Of a stretch of 18,786 nucleotides of DNA, positions 8,223 to 17,298 are shown piece by piece (positions within the stretch are counted from its first letter, which is position 1; each line of letters opens with the position of its first letter). The notes beneath the pieces were generated by a model. The model searched no databases, had not been told where the DNA came from, and was given only the letters and a program-made list of their open reading frames with translations. The position numbers were made by a program, and so were the translations under genes. This DNA comes from Armatimonadota bacterium (GTDB taxonomy: Bacteria; Armatimonadota; Armatimonadia; Armatimonadales; Armatimonadaceae). The stretch is from the NCBI GenBank assembly GCA_043754515.1, contig JAYUUO010000014.1:1-18786 (forward strand), read 5' to 3'.

Positions 8223-9731
8223 ATGCCGTCTTCACGAACAACACCGACGCCAGTTATCTTGCGTCTGCTCCCGCCGATGATCCTATCACTGTTCGCCCCG
8301 ACGCCCCACGCCTGGGCGCGCCCGGAACCTGTCCAGGCTACGATGCCGCCGATGAAGCCGGGCGAGACCATGCCGCCGATGAAGCCGGGAGACACGATGC
8401 CGAAAAATACGCCTGAGCCGGGCGGCAGCGCGATGCAGATGCCCGGCATGAGCGGGATGGATAAGAGCGCGGGCGGCGCGATGCTTTCCACCGTTGACCT
8501 GCTCACGCCGATGAACCAGGAAGGCTCCGGTACGTCGTGGCTCCCGTCCTCCACGCCGATGTACGGGCGGATGTATATGCGCGACGGCAACATGTATATG
8601 GTGCATGGCGCGATCACGCCCCGCTACTCGGACGTCGCGACGCGACGCGGGCAACAGGCCTTCTCCGCGCCGAACTGGGTGATGGGCATGTACGGGCACG
8701 CGCTGTCGCCGAAAGAGCAACTCGGCGCACGCGTAATGCTGTCGCTCGACTACCTCACGAACGGCAACGACGGCTACCCACTCCTGTTTCAGTCCGGCGA
8801 AGCCTACCGGGGCAAAAAACTGGTGGATCGCCAGCACCCACACGACTTGTTCTCCGAGGTCGCGGCGACCTACTCGCGGAAGATCACGCCGCGAACATCG
8901 GCGTTCGCTTACGTCGGCTACCCCGGCGAGCCCGCGCTCGGCCCGCCGACGTTCATGCACCGCCTGATCGCGCTCGACTACCCGGACTCTCCGCTCGGTC
9001 ACCACTGGGCGGATTCCACCCATATCGCGTTCGGGGTTGGCACGGTCGGCGTCAACTTCGGCGGGCGGTTTAAGGCGGAAGGGAGCGTGTTCACGGGGCG
9101 CGAGCCTGACGAACGCCGCTACGACTTCGACCGCACCCGCTTTGACTCTCAGTCGGGCCGCCTATCGTTCAACCCGGACGCGCGGAACGCTTTCCAGGTG
9201 TCTTACGGCTACTTGAAGTCGCCGGAGCAGCTGGAACCGGGCGTGAACCAGAACCGTACCACGGCGTCGTGGCTGTACAACCGTCTTCTCGGGGACGATA
9301 GCAACTTCGCGACCACACTGACATGGGGGCGTAATCACCTGAGTAACGCGGGCAACAGCGACGCCTTTCTCGCCGAAGCCCTGTACCAGCATTCGCGCGA
9401 CAGCCTGTTCACGCGGCTCGAATCGGTCCAAAAGGCGGGGAGCGAGCTCGACCTCGGCGTGCCACTCGCGGAGCGGAAGTTGAACATCGGGGCATATACG
9501 CTCGGCTACCTACACGACCTGTCGCACGGCAAAGGGATTGACGTCGGCGTGGGCGGCACGGTCACGGTGAACACGAAGCCGCGCGACCTCGACCCGTTCT
9601 ATGGGAGCGGCAGCCCTGTGTCATTCCAGGTCATGCTTCGGTTGCGCCCCTCGAAGATGGGCATGGGCGGTATAGCAGGTATGGTCGCGATGAACGGGGT
9701 GAACGATGCGCACAAGGAAAAGAGGAAGTAG
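8223..9731 (+). CDS. Conserved hypothetical exported protein, Met-rich N-terminus, probable outer-membrane beta-barrel
   Basis: 502 aa; signal-like segment ending AWA; Met-rich repeats; GSGTSWLP, DRQHPHDLF, GEPALGPPTFMHR and HHWADSTHI motifs; alternating aromatic/polar strand patterns. Exact start is uncertain. Confidence 0.75.
   Translation: MPSSRTTPTPVILRLLPPMILSLFAPTPHAWARPEPVQATMPPMKPGETMPPMKPGDTMPKNTPEPGGSAMQMPGMSGMDKSAGGAMLSTVDLLTPMNQEGSGTSWLPSSTPMYGRMYMRDGNMYMVHGAITPRYSDVATRRGQQAFSAPNWVMGMYGHALSPKEQLGARVMLSLDYLTNGNDGYPLLFQSGEAYRGKKLVDRQHPHDLFSEVAATYSRKITPRTSAFAYVGYPGEPALGPPTFMHRLIALDYPDSPLGHHWADSTHIAFGVGTVGVNFGGRFKAEGSVFTGREPDERRYDFDRTRFDSQSGRLSFNPDARNAFQVSYGYLKSPEQLEPGVNQNRTTASWLYNRLLGDDSNFATTLTWGRNHLSNAGNSDAFLAEALYQHSRDSLFTRLESVQKAGSELDLGVPLAERKLNIGAYTLGYLHDLSHGKGIDVGVGGTVTVNTKPRDLDPFYGSGSPVSFQVMLRLRPSKMGMGGIAGMVAMNGVNDAHKEKRK
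8343..8402 (+). repeat. 27-bp in-frame tandem repeat encoding MPPMKPG(E/D)T
   Basis: ATGCCGCCGATGAAGCCGGG occurs at 8343 and 8370, with a partial third copy at 8397. Confidence 0.85.
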
Positions 9732-9759
9732 AAGCGGTTTAGTCCTGGGGAAGGTCGGC

Positions 9760-9808
9760 AGTAGGTCACGCGGCGTTTGGTAGGTCACCAAACGCCGCGT
9801 GACCTACT
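9760..9808. repeat. Perfect 22-bp inverted repeat (GTAG-type REP-like/terminator)
   Basis: AGTAGGTCACGCGGCGTTTGGT (9760-9781) / ACCAAACGCCGCGTGACCTACT (9787-9808), 5-nt loop. Confidence 0.85.
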
Positions 9809-9821
9809 TGTCGCTCCCGAC

Positions 9822-9850
9822 TCGACACACATACCCCCATGGGGTATAAT
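9822..9850 (+). promoter_or_regulatory. sigma70-type promoter with CsoR operator
   Basis: TCGACA-N17-TATAAT; the operator ATACCCCCATGGGGTAT (9831-9847) matches the TACCC-N5-GGGTA CsoR/RicR type. Confidence 0.9.
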
Positions 9851-9856
9851 AAAGTC

Positions 9857-10147
9857 ATGAAGAGCGAGTCAAAAGACAAATTGCGGGCGCGGGTCAACCG
9901 CGCCACCGGGCAGATCGTGGCTGTCGGGCGCATGATGGACGAGAACGCTTACTGCGTGGACATCCTGACTCAGATCGCCGCCGTCCGCTCCGCGCTCGAC
10001 GCCATCGGCGTGGAACTCCTTGCCGATCACCTCGAAACCTGCGTCATCGGGCGGGACGGCGAAGAGGCGCACGAGTGTGCCAAGCCACTGTCGCGGGTGG
10101 AACTGGTCGAGGAGGTGCGCGTCGCCGTGCGCCGGTTTCTGAAGTAG
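9857..10147 (+). CDS. csoR: Copper-sensing repressor CsoR
   Basis: R..R..GQI....RMM...YC; C33-H58-C62 ligand set. Start placed at 9857 because ATG 9839 lies inside the operator. Confidence 0.92.
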   Translation: MKSESKDKLRARVNRATGQIVAVGRMMDENAYCVDILTQIAAVRSALDAIGVELLADHLETCVIGRDGEEAHECAKPLSRVELVEEVRVAVRRFLK

Positions 10148-10193
10148 CCGACTTCCCGTGTAACGGACGGGTTAAGGAGAAAGGCGAGAGAAA

Positions 10194-12497
10194 ATGGAGA
10201 ACACCATCACCCCCGAGCGGCTGGATCTGCCCGTCACCGGCATGACCTGCGCCGCGTGCGCCCGCCGTATCGAGCGGGTGCTCGCGCGCACGCCGGGCGT
10301 CGAGAGCGCGAACGTCAACTTCGCGACGAACACGGCGACGGTGCTATTTCAGCACGGCGGGACGGGGCAGGCCGCGCTGGTCGGTGTGATCGAGGATGCG
10401 GGCTACGGCGTCGCGCTCCCCGAACCAGCGGCCAGCGTGGATACGCCGGGCGAGACCTTCGAGGACGCGCTCTCCCGGTCACAGGCGGACGAGACGCGCG
10501 TCCTGTGGCGTCGGTTCTTAGTTGCTGGCGCGTTCGCCCTCCCCGTGCTGGTCATCGCCATGGCGCACGGCGCGATCCCCGCACTTAACTTCGTGGGCGT
10601 CAATATCCTGCAACTGATTCTGACCGCGCCCGTGGTTTTCTACTCCGGGTCGCCGTTTTATAAGGGCGCATGGGCGGCGTTGCGGCACGGGGCGGCGGAC
10701 ATGAACACGCTGATCGCGCTCGGCACCGGCGCGGCGTTCGGCTACTCGGCGGCGGCGGCCCTGTTCCCGTCGTTCTTCGCCGGCGCGGTTGCTACCGGGG
10801 GCGGCATGGCGGGCATGGCACCGCACGCGCCGCCGGTCTACTTCGAGGCGGCGGCGGTGATCATCGCGCTCGTGTTGCTCGGTCGCCTGCTCGAAGCGCG
10901 GGCGAAGACACAGACCGGAGAGGCGATCCGCCGTCTGCTCCGCCTGCAACCGAAAACGGCGCGGGTGGTACGCGGCGCGGAGGAGGTGGATGTGCCTCTG
11001 TCGGCCGTGCGCGTCGGGGACGTCGTGCGCGTCCGCCCCGGCGAAACCGTCGCCACGGACGGCGTGGTCACGGACGGTGCGTCCACCGTCGAGGAGGCGA
11101 TGCTGACCGGCGAGAGTCTGCCCGTCGAGAAGGCCGTCGGCGACAACGTTTTCGGGGCGACCCTGAACAAGACCGGCTCGCTCCTGTTCCGCGCCACCCG
11201 CGTCGGGAGTGACACCGCGCTCGCGCGGATCGTGCGCCTCGTGCAGGAGGCGCAGGGCGGGAAGGCTCCGATAGCGCGGCTCGCGGACACTGTTTCCGGC
11301 GTGTTCACGCCGGTCGTGCTCGGGATCGCCGTGCTAACATTCCTCGTCTGGTTCTTCGTGTCGCCTGCCGAAACCCGGCTGTCACTCGCGCTGACCAACT
11401 TCGTCTCCGTGCTGATCATCGCCTGCCCGTGCGCTTTGGGACTCGCGACACCGACTGCCATCCTCGTCGGAACCGGCCGGGGCGCGGAGCGCGGCGTGCT
11501 GGTCAAAGGCGGCGCGGCTCTGGAGCGGGCGCAGGCACTCACGACCATCGTGCTCGACAAGACCGGCACGGTAACGGTCGGCAAGCCGTCCCTCACCGAC
11601 GTCCTCCCGCTCGGCGAAACCACGGAGGCGACGCTACTGCGCTACATCGCCTCCGGCGAACGCGGCTCGGAACACCCGCTCGCGGAGGCACTGGTGTCCG
11701 GCGCGACCGAACGCGGCGCGGCGTTCGGAACCGTCACCGGGTTCGCCGCCGTGTCCGGGTTCGGCGTTTCCGCGACAGTGGACGGCGTGCCTGTGCTGCT
11801 CGGCAACGCCCGCCTGATGGATGAGCGCGGCGTGGTTATCCCCGACGCCGCCCGTGTTTCCGCCGAATCGCTCGCGACCGCGGGCAATACGCCGATCTTC
11901 GTCGCCGCGTCCGGCACGCTCGCCGGGCTGGTCGCCGTCGCGGACACGGTGAAGCCGGAGGCGCGGGTGGTAATCGCCGCGCTACAGGCGCGCGGCCTGG
12001 AAGTTGTGCTACTAACCGGTGATAACCGGCGCACGGCGGACGCCGTGGCGCGGGTAGTCGGCATAACGCGGGTACTCGCGGACGTTCTGCCGGACGGCAA
12101 GGCGGCGGAGATCGCGCGGCTACAAAGCGCGGGCGAGGTAGTCGGCATGGTCGGGGACGGGATTAATGATGCGCCCGCGCTCGCCCGAGCGGACGTCGGG
12201 ATCGCCATCGGCACCGGCACGGACATCGCCATCGAAGCGTCCGACATCACGCTACTCCGGGGCGACCTGCGCGGCGTCGAAACCGCGATCGCGCTGTCGA
12301 AAGCGACGCTTCGCACGATCAAGCAGAATCTGTTCTGGGCGTTCGTCTACAACGCGGTCGGCATCCCGCTCGCGGCGGGCGCGCTCTACCCGTTCACCGG
12401 CTGGTTGCTGTCGCCGATCGTTGCCAGCCTCGCGATGAGTTTGTCCAGCGTGTCGGTCGTGCTGAACAGTTTGCGGTTGCGGCGGTTCGTGGGGTGA
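10194..12497 (+). CDS. copA: Cu(I)-exporting P1B-1 ATPase CopA
   Basis: GMTCAAC HMA domain, [27 protein letters not shown] and MSLSS; follows csoR. Confidence 0.95.
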   Translation: MENTITPERLDLPVTGMTCAACARRIERVLARTPGVESANVNFATNTATVLFQHGGTGQAALVGVIEDAGYGVALPEPAASVDTPGETFEDALSRSQADETRVLWRRFLVAGAFALPVLVIAMAHGAIPALNFVGVNILQLILTAPVVFYSGSPFYKGAWAALRHGAADMNTLIALGTGAAFGYSAAAALFPSFFAGAVATGGGMAGMAPHAPPVYFEAAAVIIALVLLGRLLEARAKTQTGEAIRRLLRLQPKTARVVRGAEEVDVPLSAVRVGDVVRVRPGETVATDGVVTDGASTVEEAMLTGESLPVEKAVGDNVFGATLNKTGSLLFRATRVGSDTALARIVRLVQEAQGGKAPIARLADTVSGVFTPVVLGIAVLTFLVWFFVSPAETRLSLALTNFVSVLIIACPCALGLATPTAILVGTGRGAERGVLVKGGAALERAQALTTIVLDKTGTVTVGKPSLTDVLPLGETTEATLLRYIASGERGSEHPLAEALVSGATERGAAFGTVTGFAAVSGFGVSATVDGVPVLLGNARLMDERGVVIPDAARVSAESLATAGNTPIFVAASGTLAGLVAVADTVKPEARVVIAALQARGLEVVLLTGDNRRTADAVARVVGITRVLADVLPDGKAAEIARLQSAGEVVGMVGDGINDAPALARADVGIAIGTGTDIAIEASDITLLRGDLRGVETAIALSKATLRTIKQNLFWAFVYNAVGIPLAAGALYPFTGWLLSPIVASLAMSLSSVSVVLNSLRLRRFVG

Positions 12498-12633
12498 GTT
12501 TGGGGGCGGGAGTCCGACGCGCGAAGCCTCCCTCCACAGGATGGGCGTTCGGGGGCGGGGGGCGACACCGCCCCGCGATTCTTAACGCGCTTCCGTTACG
12601 AACCGCTAGGAGACTGCTCCTCCTTGGCCCTTA

Positions 12634-13791
12634 TTAAGCCCCCAGCGCGACGGTGATCTCGCTCCGATTATGAAACAGTTGCCGCGCCCCGATCAGACGG
12701 TAGCCAGTCTGTAGCCGCGCGAGATCGTCGCGCACGTAGCCGAGCAAACTCCGCGCCGTCTCGCCGTGCTTGGGCAATTTGAGCGTCATAATGGCGGTGC
12801 CGCCCGGCTTCAGGGTCGGGCGCAGACGCAGGAGAACGTCAATCGAGTCGCGGGCGTCCATCTTCAGATCGTTCACGATGATGTCGAACATGTCGGTCGG
12901 CCCGTAGTGCTGGATCGGGTACCAGACATGGTTTACATACGGGTCGCGCTCCAAACGCGGGTCGAGTTCCGCCGGGTCAACCGCGACTACGTGTAGCCCC
13001 TTTTCCCGTAGCACTCGCGTCCAGCCTCCGGGAGCCGCGCCGACATCGAGCGCGAGACCGTCGGGCGGCGGCGTGATCCCGAACACCTCGAACGCTTCCA
13101 GCAGTTTAAACTCGGCGCGGCTGATCTGTTTCTCGTCGCGCTTGAACCGCCGCTCGCCGCCCGCCCAGTCGCTGCGGTTCTGCCGCGTCCACGAAACCCC
13201 CAGGAACGCGGTGTCGGCGGCGACGCACACGGACAGGGTCTGCTCCGGGGCGCGCGTATCGAGCGTGACGCCGGTGCGCTCCGTGAGTTCCTCCCAGAGA
13301 GCGCGATTAACGGCGGCGCGGTTATACGGGCGCGGCGCGTCGCCTAAAACGCGGGTTTGCACGCTCGCGGTAAACTCGGCCGTGACGCGCGGGGCGAGTT
13401 CGGCGACGGCTTCGCGTAGCACGGTTATGTCGCTCTCGGTTCCGCTCAGCGGCACGGTGCGCTGAACGGGCGCGAGGTGGCGCAGGAAGATCGGGCGGGC
13501 GCGTTCGATGGCCGCCGCGCACTCGTCGAAGGGGACGGGGAGGGCGGCGAGCGCGGCACCGACCGGCTCGCCGTCCGCGCTGGCGTCGAGCCACAGGAAC
13601 GCGGGCAGGTCGGGTATCAGGGCGCGCAGTTCGTACTCAGCGATGAACCGCGAATCATCGGCGCAGGAGAACACGGCGAAATCAGTTTCGGCCTCGGCGG
13701 TTTCCAGACCGGACGGTTCGGTATCGGCGTCCGGCGAGTAGGTATTCGCAGTGGGAGCATCAGGGAGTTCGGCATCGGGGGGTTCGGGCAT
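12634..13791 (-). CDS. SAM-dependent RNA 2'-O-methyltransferase, THUMP + FtsJ (RlmM-like)
   Basis: ISRAEFKLLEA, ALDVGAAPGGWT, VAVDPA, NDLK, MTLKLP and RQLFHNRSEIT. Start reassigned to ATG 13791, just after an extended -10. Confidence 0.85.
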   Translation of the reverse strand: MPEPPDAELPDAPTANTYSPDADTEPSGLETAEAETDFAVFSCADDSRFIAEYELRALIPDLPAFLWLDASADGEPVGAALAALPVPFDECAAAIERARPIFLRHLAPVQRTVPLSGTESDITVLREAVAELAPRVTAEFTASVQTRVLGDAPRPYNRAAVNRALWEELTERTGVTLDTRAPEQTLSVCVAADTAFLGVSWTRQNRSDWAGGERRFKRDEKQISRAEFKLLEAFEVFGITPPPDGLALDVGAAPGGWTRVLREKGLHVVAVDPAELDPRLERDPYVNHVWYPIQHYGPTDMFDIIVNDLKMDARDSIDVLLRLRPTLKPGGTAIMTLKLPKHGETARSLLGYVRDDLARLQTGYRLIGARQLFHNRSEITVALGA

Positions 13792-13798
13792 AGCCCGT

Positions 13799-13807
13799 AT
13801 TTTACCA
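13799..13807 (-). promoter_or_regulatory. Extended -10 element for the methyltransferase (probably leaderless)
   Basis: TG-G-TAAAAT, then 7 nt, then ATG. Confidence 0.6.
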
Positions 13808-13894
13808 CCGCGCGGGAGCCGTGCTTCGCGGCCCCGCGCGAGAGTTAGGGCGAGAGTATCCGGCACATCGGGCGCGAAAGTTTTGTCGTTGTGC

Positions 13895-13922
13895 TTGACG
13901 ACGGCGTTTAACGTGGTATACT
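13895..13922 (+). promoter_or_regulatory. tRNA promoter
   Basis: TTGACG-N16-TATACT, with TG one base before the -10. Confidence 0.8.
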
Positions 13923-13933
13923 CAATCTGTTGA

Positions 13934-14009
<76 letters not shown>

Positions 14010-14010
14010 T

Positions 14011-14057
14011 AAAGAGAGCGGCCCGGTGGAAGTATTTCCACCGGGCCGCTTTTCTTT
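14011..14057. terminator. Intrinsic terminator, probably bidirectional
   Basis: AGCGGCCCGGTGGAA-GTAT-TTCCACCGGGCCGCT 15-bp stem flanked by AAAGAG and TTTCTTT. Confidence 0.9.
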
Positions 14058-14220
14058 CGAGTATGCCCCTTCCGCTCCCGCGCCCGCCGTTGTGTTCGGG
14101 TTGCGTCCGGCGCAACACGTTCCTACTTCGCGGACCGCTCACGGCTCGGCGACACCGCGGACGCGGCACGGTGCAATACCACCGGATCGAGTTCCACCTC
14201 GTCGTCCGGGTCGGGCGCGT

Positions 14221-14339
14221 AAAGTATCACTATTCAGACGTACCATGCCGCAAATATCTTCGTAGAACGACTCTGTCCGCGGCAACGAATGTAAACCGAT
14301 GCGCCCCTCGTAGCCAAGTTACCGACTGAGTGTGACCGC
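14221..14339 (-). pseudogene. GNAT acetyltransferase C-terminal remnant
   Basis: A frame absent from the ORF track reads AVTLSR*LGYEGRIGLHSLPRTESFYEDICGMVRL, with a GNAT-like GRIGLHSLP...FY...CGM motif and an internal TAA at 14319-14321. Confidence 0.6.
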
Positions 14340-14491
14340 TCTCACCGCGCCCGATGGCGTCGAACGCGGCCAGCGCGGCGTTTTTTACCGGGTCTTTGAC
14401 GAGCGGGAATGTGGTCGGGATGTACGCGAACTCGTCGCGCGTCAAGCCGTACAGGTGCGCGACGATGCCGTCTATTTCGGCGCGGAGTTGC
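14340..14491 (-). repeat. 152-bp direct repeat copy A (orphan fragment of the type IIG RM C-terminal region)
   Basis: 146/152 identical to 17937-18088; encodes QLRAEIDGIVAHLYGLTRDEFAYIPTTFPLVKDPVKNAALAAFDAIGRGE. Confidence 0.95.
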
Positions 14492-14566
14492 TCTTTATAC
14501 GGCGAGCGTTCCGAATCCCCTGTTCCAGGGCAGAAACGACGTGTCCCGTTCATAGGGTGAGACCTT

Positions 14567-14617
14567 ATCTACTTGAAAGCAAATCTTTCAAGTAGATCTT
14601 CAAGTAACTTTCAAGTA
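14567..14617. repeat. 13-bp inverted repeat plus TTCAAGTA direct repeats
   Basis: ATCTACTTGAAAG-CAAAT-CTTTCAAGTAGAT; TTCAAGTA at 14587, 14599 and 14610, inverted at 14570. Confidence 0.8.
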
Positions 14618-14802
14618 GGTGAAGTCTTGTCGCCAGAAAACAGAGTTGGTCAACGTCCACAGCGCGGTCGGATCAGTGACGGATTTCAGACGTCGTTCTA
14701 CACCTCCGTTGAGTTCGCGCACGCATCCTGTTAGTTCCGTGCCCCGATGGAAGGTCGCTATACAACCGGGAGTTCCTTTACTGATGTACTGTATAATGCC
14801 CC

Positions 14803-16446
14803 ATGAGTGTCTCGGTCGAGCAATTAGAGCGTTGGATGCAGGACAACGAAAGCGAGCGGTTGGAGTTCAAAGAGGCGAAACGAACTTTCGATCGTGTGAA
14901 ACTGATCGAGTACTGCGCCGCGCTTGCTAATGAAGGCGGCGGCAAGTTGATTTTTGGCGTCACCGATAGGAGGCCGCGCCTCGTTGTCGGCACCGAATAC
15001 GCCTCGCTCGATCAGGCCAAGTCGGACGTTCTGGACAAGTTGCGGGTACGTCTCGAAGTAGACGAAGTTCGTCACCCGACCGGGCGCGTTCTTGTGTTCC
15101 ACGTGCCCCCTCGCCCGGTCGGAGTTCCCCTCGCGGTGGACGGGGCGTTCAAGATGCGCTCCGGTGAGAGCTTAACCAATATGTCGCCAGATATGCTCGC
15201 CCGCATATTTAGCGAAGCCACCCCGGACTATTCTACTCGCCCTTGCGTCGGCGCGACAATTAACGACCTGTCCGCCCATGCTATCGAAACCCTTCGCGAC
15301 AAATGGTTTCAGCAGTCGAAAAAGCAGTCCCTCCTTGGATTGTCCGTAGAGCAGTTATTATCGGATACGTCCTTGGTGACCGGCGGCGTGGTCTCGTACG
15401 CGGCACTGATATTACTGGGAACCCCCGCCGCCGTCACCCGATTTTTGCCGAACGCGGAGATCATTTTTGAGTACCGCAACAGTGAAACATCGCGGGCGTA
15501 TCAGCAACGCGTGACATGGCGTGAAGGTTTGTTTTCTGCTCTCGATGCTTTATGGGGGGCGATCAACCTTCGCAACGAGGTGCAGCCAGTGCGGGCGGGA
15601 CTCTACGTGCGGGACGTAGCGACCTTCAACGAGGATGTGGTGCGCGAGGCGATTTTGAACGCCGTGTGTCACCGCGACTACCAGTCGCCAGGTTCGATCT
15701 TCGTTAAACAGTACCCGCGCGGTTTGGAGATCATCAGTCCGGGGGGCTTTCCCGCCGGCGTTACGGTAGAAAACATTCTTTCCAAGCAACTGCCGCGCAA
15801 CCGCTTGATAGCGGAAACCGTGGAGAAGTGCGATATGGTGGAGCGCGGCGGGCAGGGCGTCAACCTGATGTTCGAGGAGTGCATCAAGGAGAGTAAACTG
15901 GTTCCCGACTACGCGGGAACCGACGATTACGAAGTGCGGCTTCGCTTGAGCGGCACGGTTCAAAACCCGGCGTTCGTGCGATTTCTGGAGCAACTCGGCG
16001 ACGAACGGATGAAGACGTTTATGACCGAGGACTTTTTAGTTCTCGATGCCATCTACCGGGGGCAACCGGTGCCGAAACCGCTTCGCGAACGGTTAGTACA
16101 CTTGAAGGATTTAGGGGCTGTCGAGCAAGCGGGCCGCGGTGCGTTCCGGCTGTCGCGGGGCTTTTACCAACTCACCGGGCAACGCGGTGCATACACTCGA
16201 AAGAAGGGGTTGAATCATGAGACAAACAAGGCTCTATTATTGCAACACATCGCTGAAAACGACGCCGACGGCTCCCCACTTGGCGACCTGTTGCAGGTGT
16301 TACCCGACCTGTCGCCGCGTCAGGTGCAACTGTTGCTAGGTGAGTTGCGCGGCGAGAATAGGGTTCATGTTCGAGGTAAAACCAATGCGGCGCGGTGGCA
16401 TCAGGGCGTCGCGCTTATTGCACGTGAGAATGATGTTCGCGTTTAA
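14803..16446 (+). CDS. AlbA_2 (Schlafen) + RecG-C-like (HATPase_c_4) + HTH protein
   Basis: ESERLEFKEA...ALANEGGGKLIFGVTD; REAILNAVCHRDY, ISPGGF, PRNRLIAE, VERGGQGV; C-terminal wHTH-like segment. TATAAT at 14792-14797, 5 nt before the ATG. Confidence 0.88.
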   Translation: MSVSVEQLERWMQDNESERLEFKEAKRTFDRVKLIEYCAALANEGGGKLIFGVTDRRPRLVVGTEYASLDQAKSDVLDKLRVRLEVDEVRHPTGRVLVFHVPPRPVGVPLAVDGAFKMRSGESLTNMSPDMLARIFSEATPDYSTRPCVGATINDLSAHAIETLRDKWFQQSKKQSLLGLSVEQLLSDTSLVTGGVVSYAALILLGTPAAVTRFLPNAEIIFEYRNSETSRAYQQRVTWREGLFSALDALWGAINLRNEVQPVRAGLYVRDVATFNEDVVREAILNAVCHRDYQSPGSIFVKQYPRGLEIISPGGFPAGVTVENILSKQLPRNRLIAETVEKCDMVERGGQGVNLMFEECIKESKLVPDYAGTDDYEVRLRLSGTVQNPAFVRFLEQLGDERMKTFMTEDFLVLDAIYRGQPVPKPLRERLVHLKDLGAVEQAGRGAFRLSRGFYQLTGQRGAYTRKKGLNHETNKALLLQHIAENDADGSPLGDLLQVLPDLSPRQVQLLLGELRGENRVHVRGKTNAARWHQGVALIARENDVRV

Positions 16447-16474
16447 TGTTCGCGTTCAATGTTACGTTTAATGT
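16433..16474 (+). repeat. Tandem 12-13-bp repeat spanning the stop codon
   Basis: ATGTTCGCGTTTA / ATGTTCGCGTTCA / ATGTTACGTTTA / ATGT. Confidence 0.75.
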
Positions 16475-16632
16475 ATCTATATTTAGTGAGTACGACATTA
16501 AGAAACAATACAGGTTGTGTTTTTCACGTTAAACATTGCACGGTCAATACCCCCACTGTAATGGGGGTTAATCGCCCGCGCCGCGCCCGACCCGCCACCC
16601 GCCATCATCGAGCCGCCGCAACCGCAACCGCC

Positions 16633-17298
16633 TCACATCACCGGTAGCCGTTCCCAGGCATCCCCCTCGCCGCTGGAATCCTCCTCGCCCCACTGCCACT
16701 GCACGGGGGCGTCGCTGGTGTCTTCTACGACGACGGCGAAACTAGCGTCCGGGGCACTACGGCAAACCGAAGCGATCCAATCGTAGGCTTCGAGCGGGGA
16801 GCAGTCCTCGTCACGCCAACCGACCTCGATCTCGAAAACGGTGTTGGAGACCGAATCGCCGCCGGCCGGCCCGGACACCCAACCCGCGTTATCTATGCGA
16901 AACTCGCTCGCGGAAAGCTCGAGCGTCTGGTACATCTTGCTGCCGCTCTGCTCGAAACTGAGCGACGCCGAGACGCACAGGTTTTCGGTCGGGCGCGGCA
17001 ACCGCTCCAACCCCGCGAGCAGGGAACCGAGTTCTATGACTTGCCGTGGCGTCACGTCGTCACGCTTCAGGAGGAGGCGCACGAACCGTTCGCATCCGGC
17101 CACCAGTTCCTTCTCCTCGCGATAGAAAGGGAATAGATCGTCGGGGAACGTCGCCTCATCGTCTTCGTCCTCTTCCCCGGCGTCCTCCTCGTCCGCCGTA
17201 GCCGCTCCCACGTCTTCGGGCGGGTCGTCGAAAAGCGAGCCTTGTTCGTTTTTCTTCGCGACGAAAGGCTGGTCATCGAAAAGTCGGGGTTGTCCCAC
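16633..17298 (-). CDS. Acidic hypothetical protein, in frame with the upstream gene
   Basis: 221-aa ORF with GTG start; D/E-rich linker followed by a globular-looking region; separated from the upstream ORF only by TAG-GCA. Confidence 0.65.
   Translation of the reverse strand: MGQPRLFDDQPFVAKKNEQGSLFDDPPEDVGAATADEEDAGEEDEDDEATFPDDLFPFYREEKELVAGCERFVRLLLKRDDVTPRQVIELGSLLAGLERLPRPTENLCVSASLSFEQSGSKMYQTLELSASEFRIDNAGWVSGPAGGDSVSNTVFEIEVGWRDEDCSPLEAYDWIASVCRSAPDASFAVVVEDTSDAPVQWQWGEEDSSGEGDAWERLPVM

Noticed and set aside
5844..12322. Long antisense and alternate-frame ORFs over the ATPases and the barrel gene
   Set aside because: Shadow ORFs expected from high-GC codon bias; no recognisable motifs.
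14230..14553. 107-aa ORF as a functional gene
   Set aside because: It is a chimera of the repeat fragment and an off-frame GNAT remnant.
16520..16535. TTTTTCACGTTAAACA, 14/16 match to the parS consensus
   Set aside because: Two mismatches that break the palindrome, single copy, in AT-rich DNA; likely chance.
16547..16568. ATACCCCCA half-site identical to the CsoR operator's left half
   Set aside because: Spacing differs and it lies between convergent 3' ends; better explained as a terminator-like hairpin.
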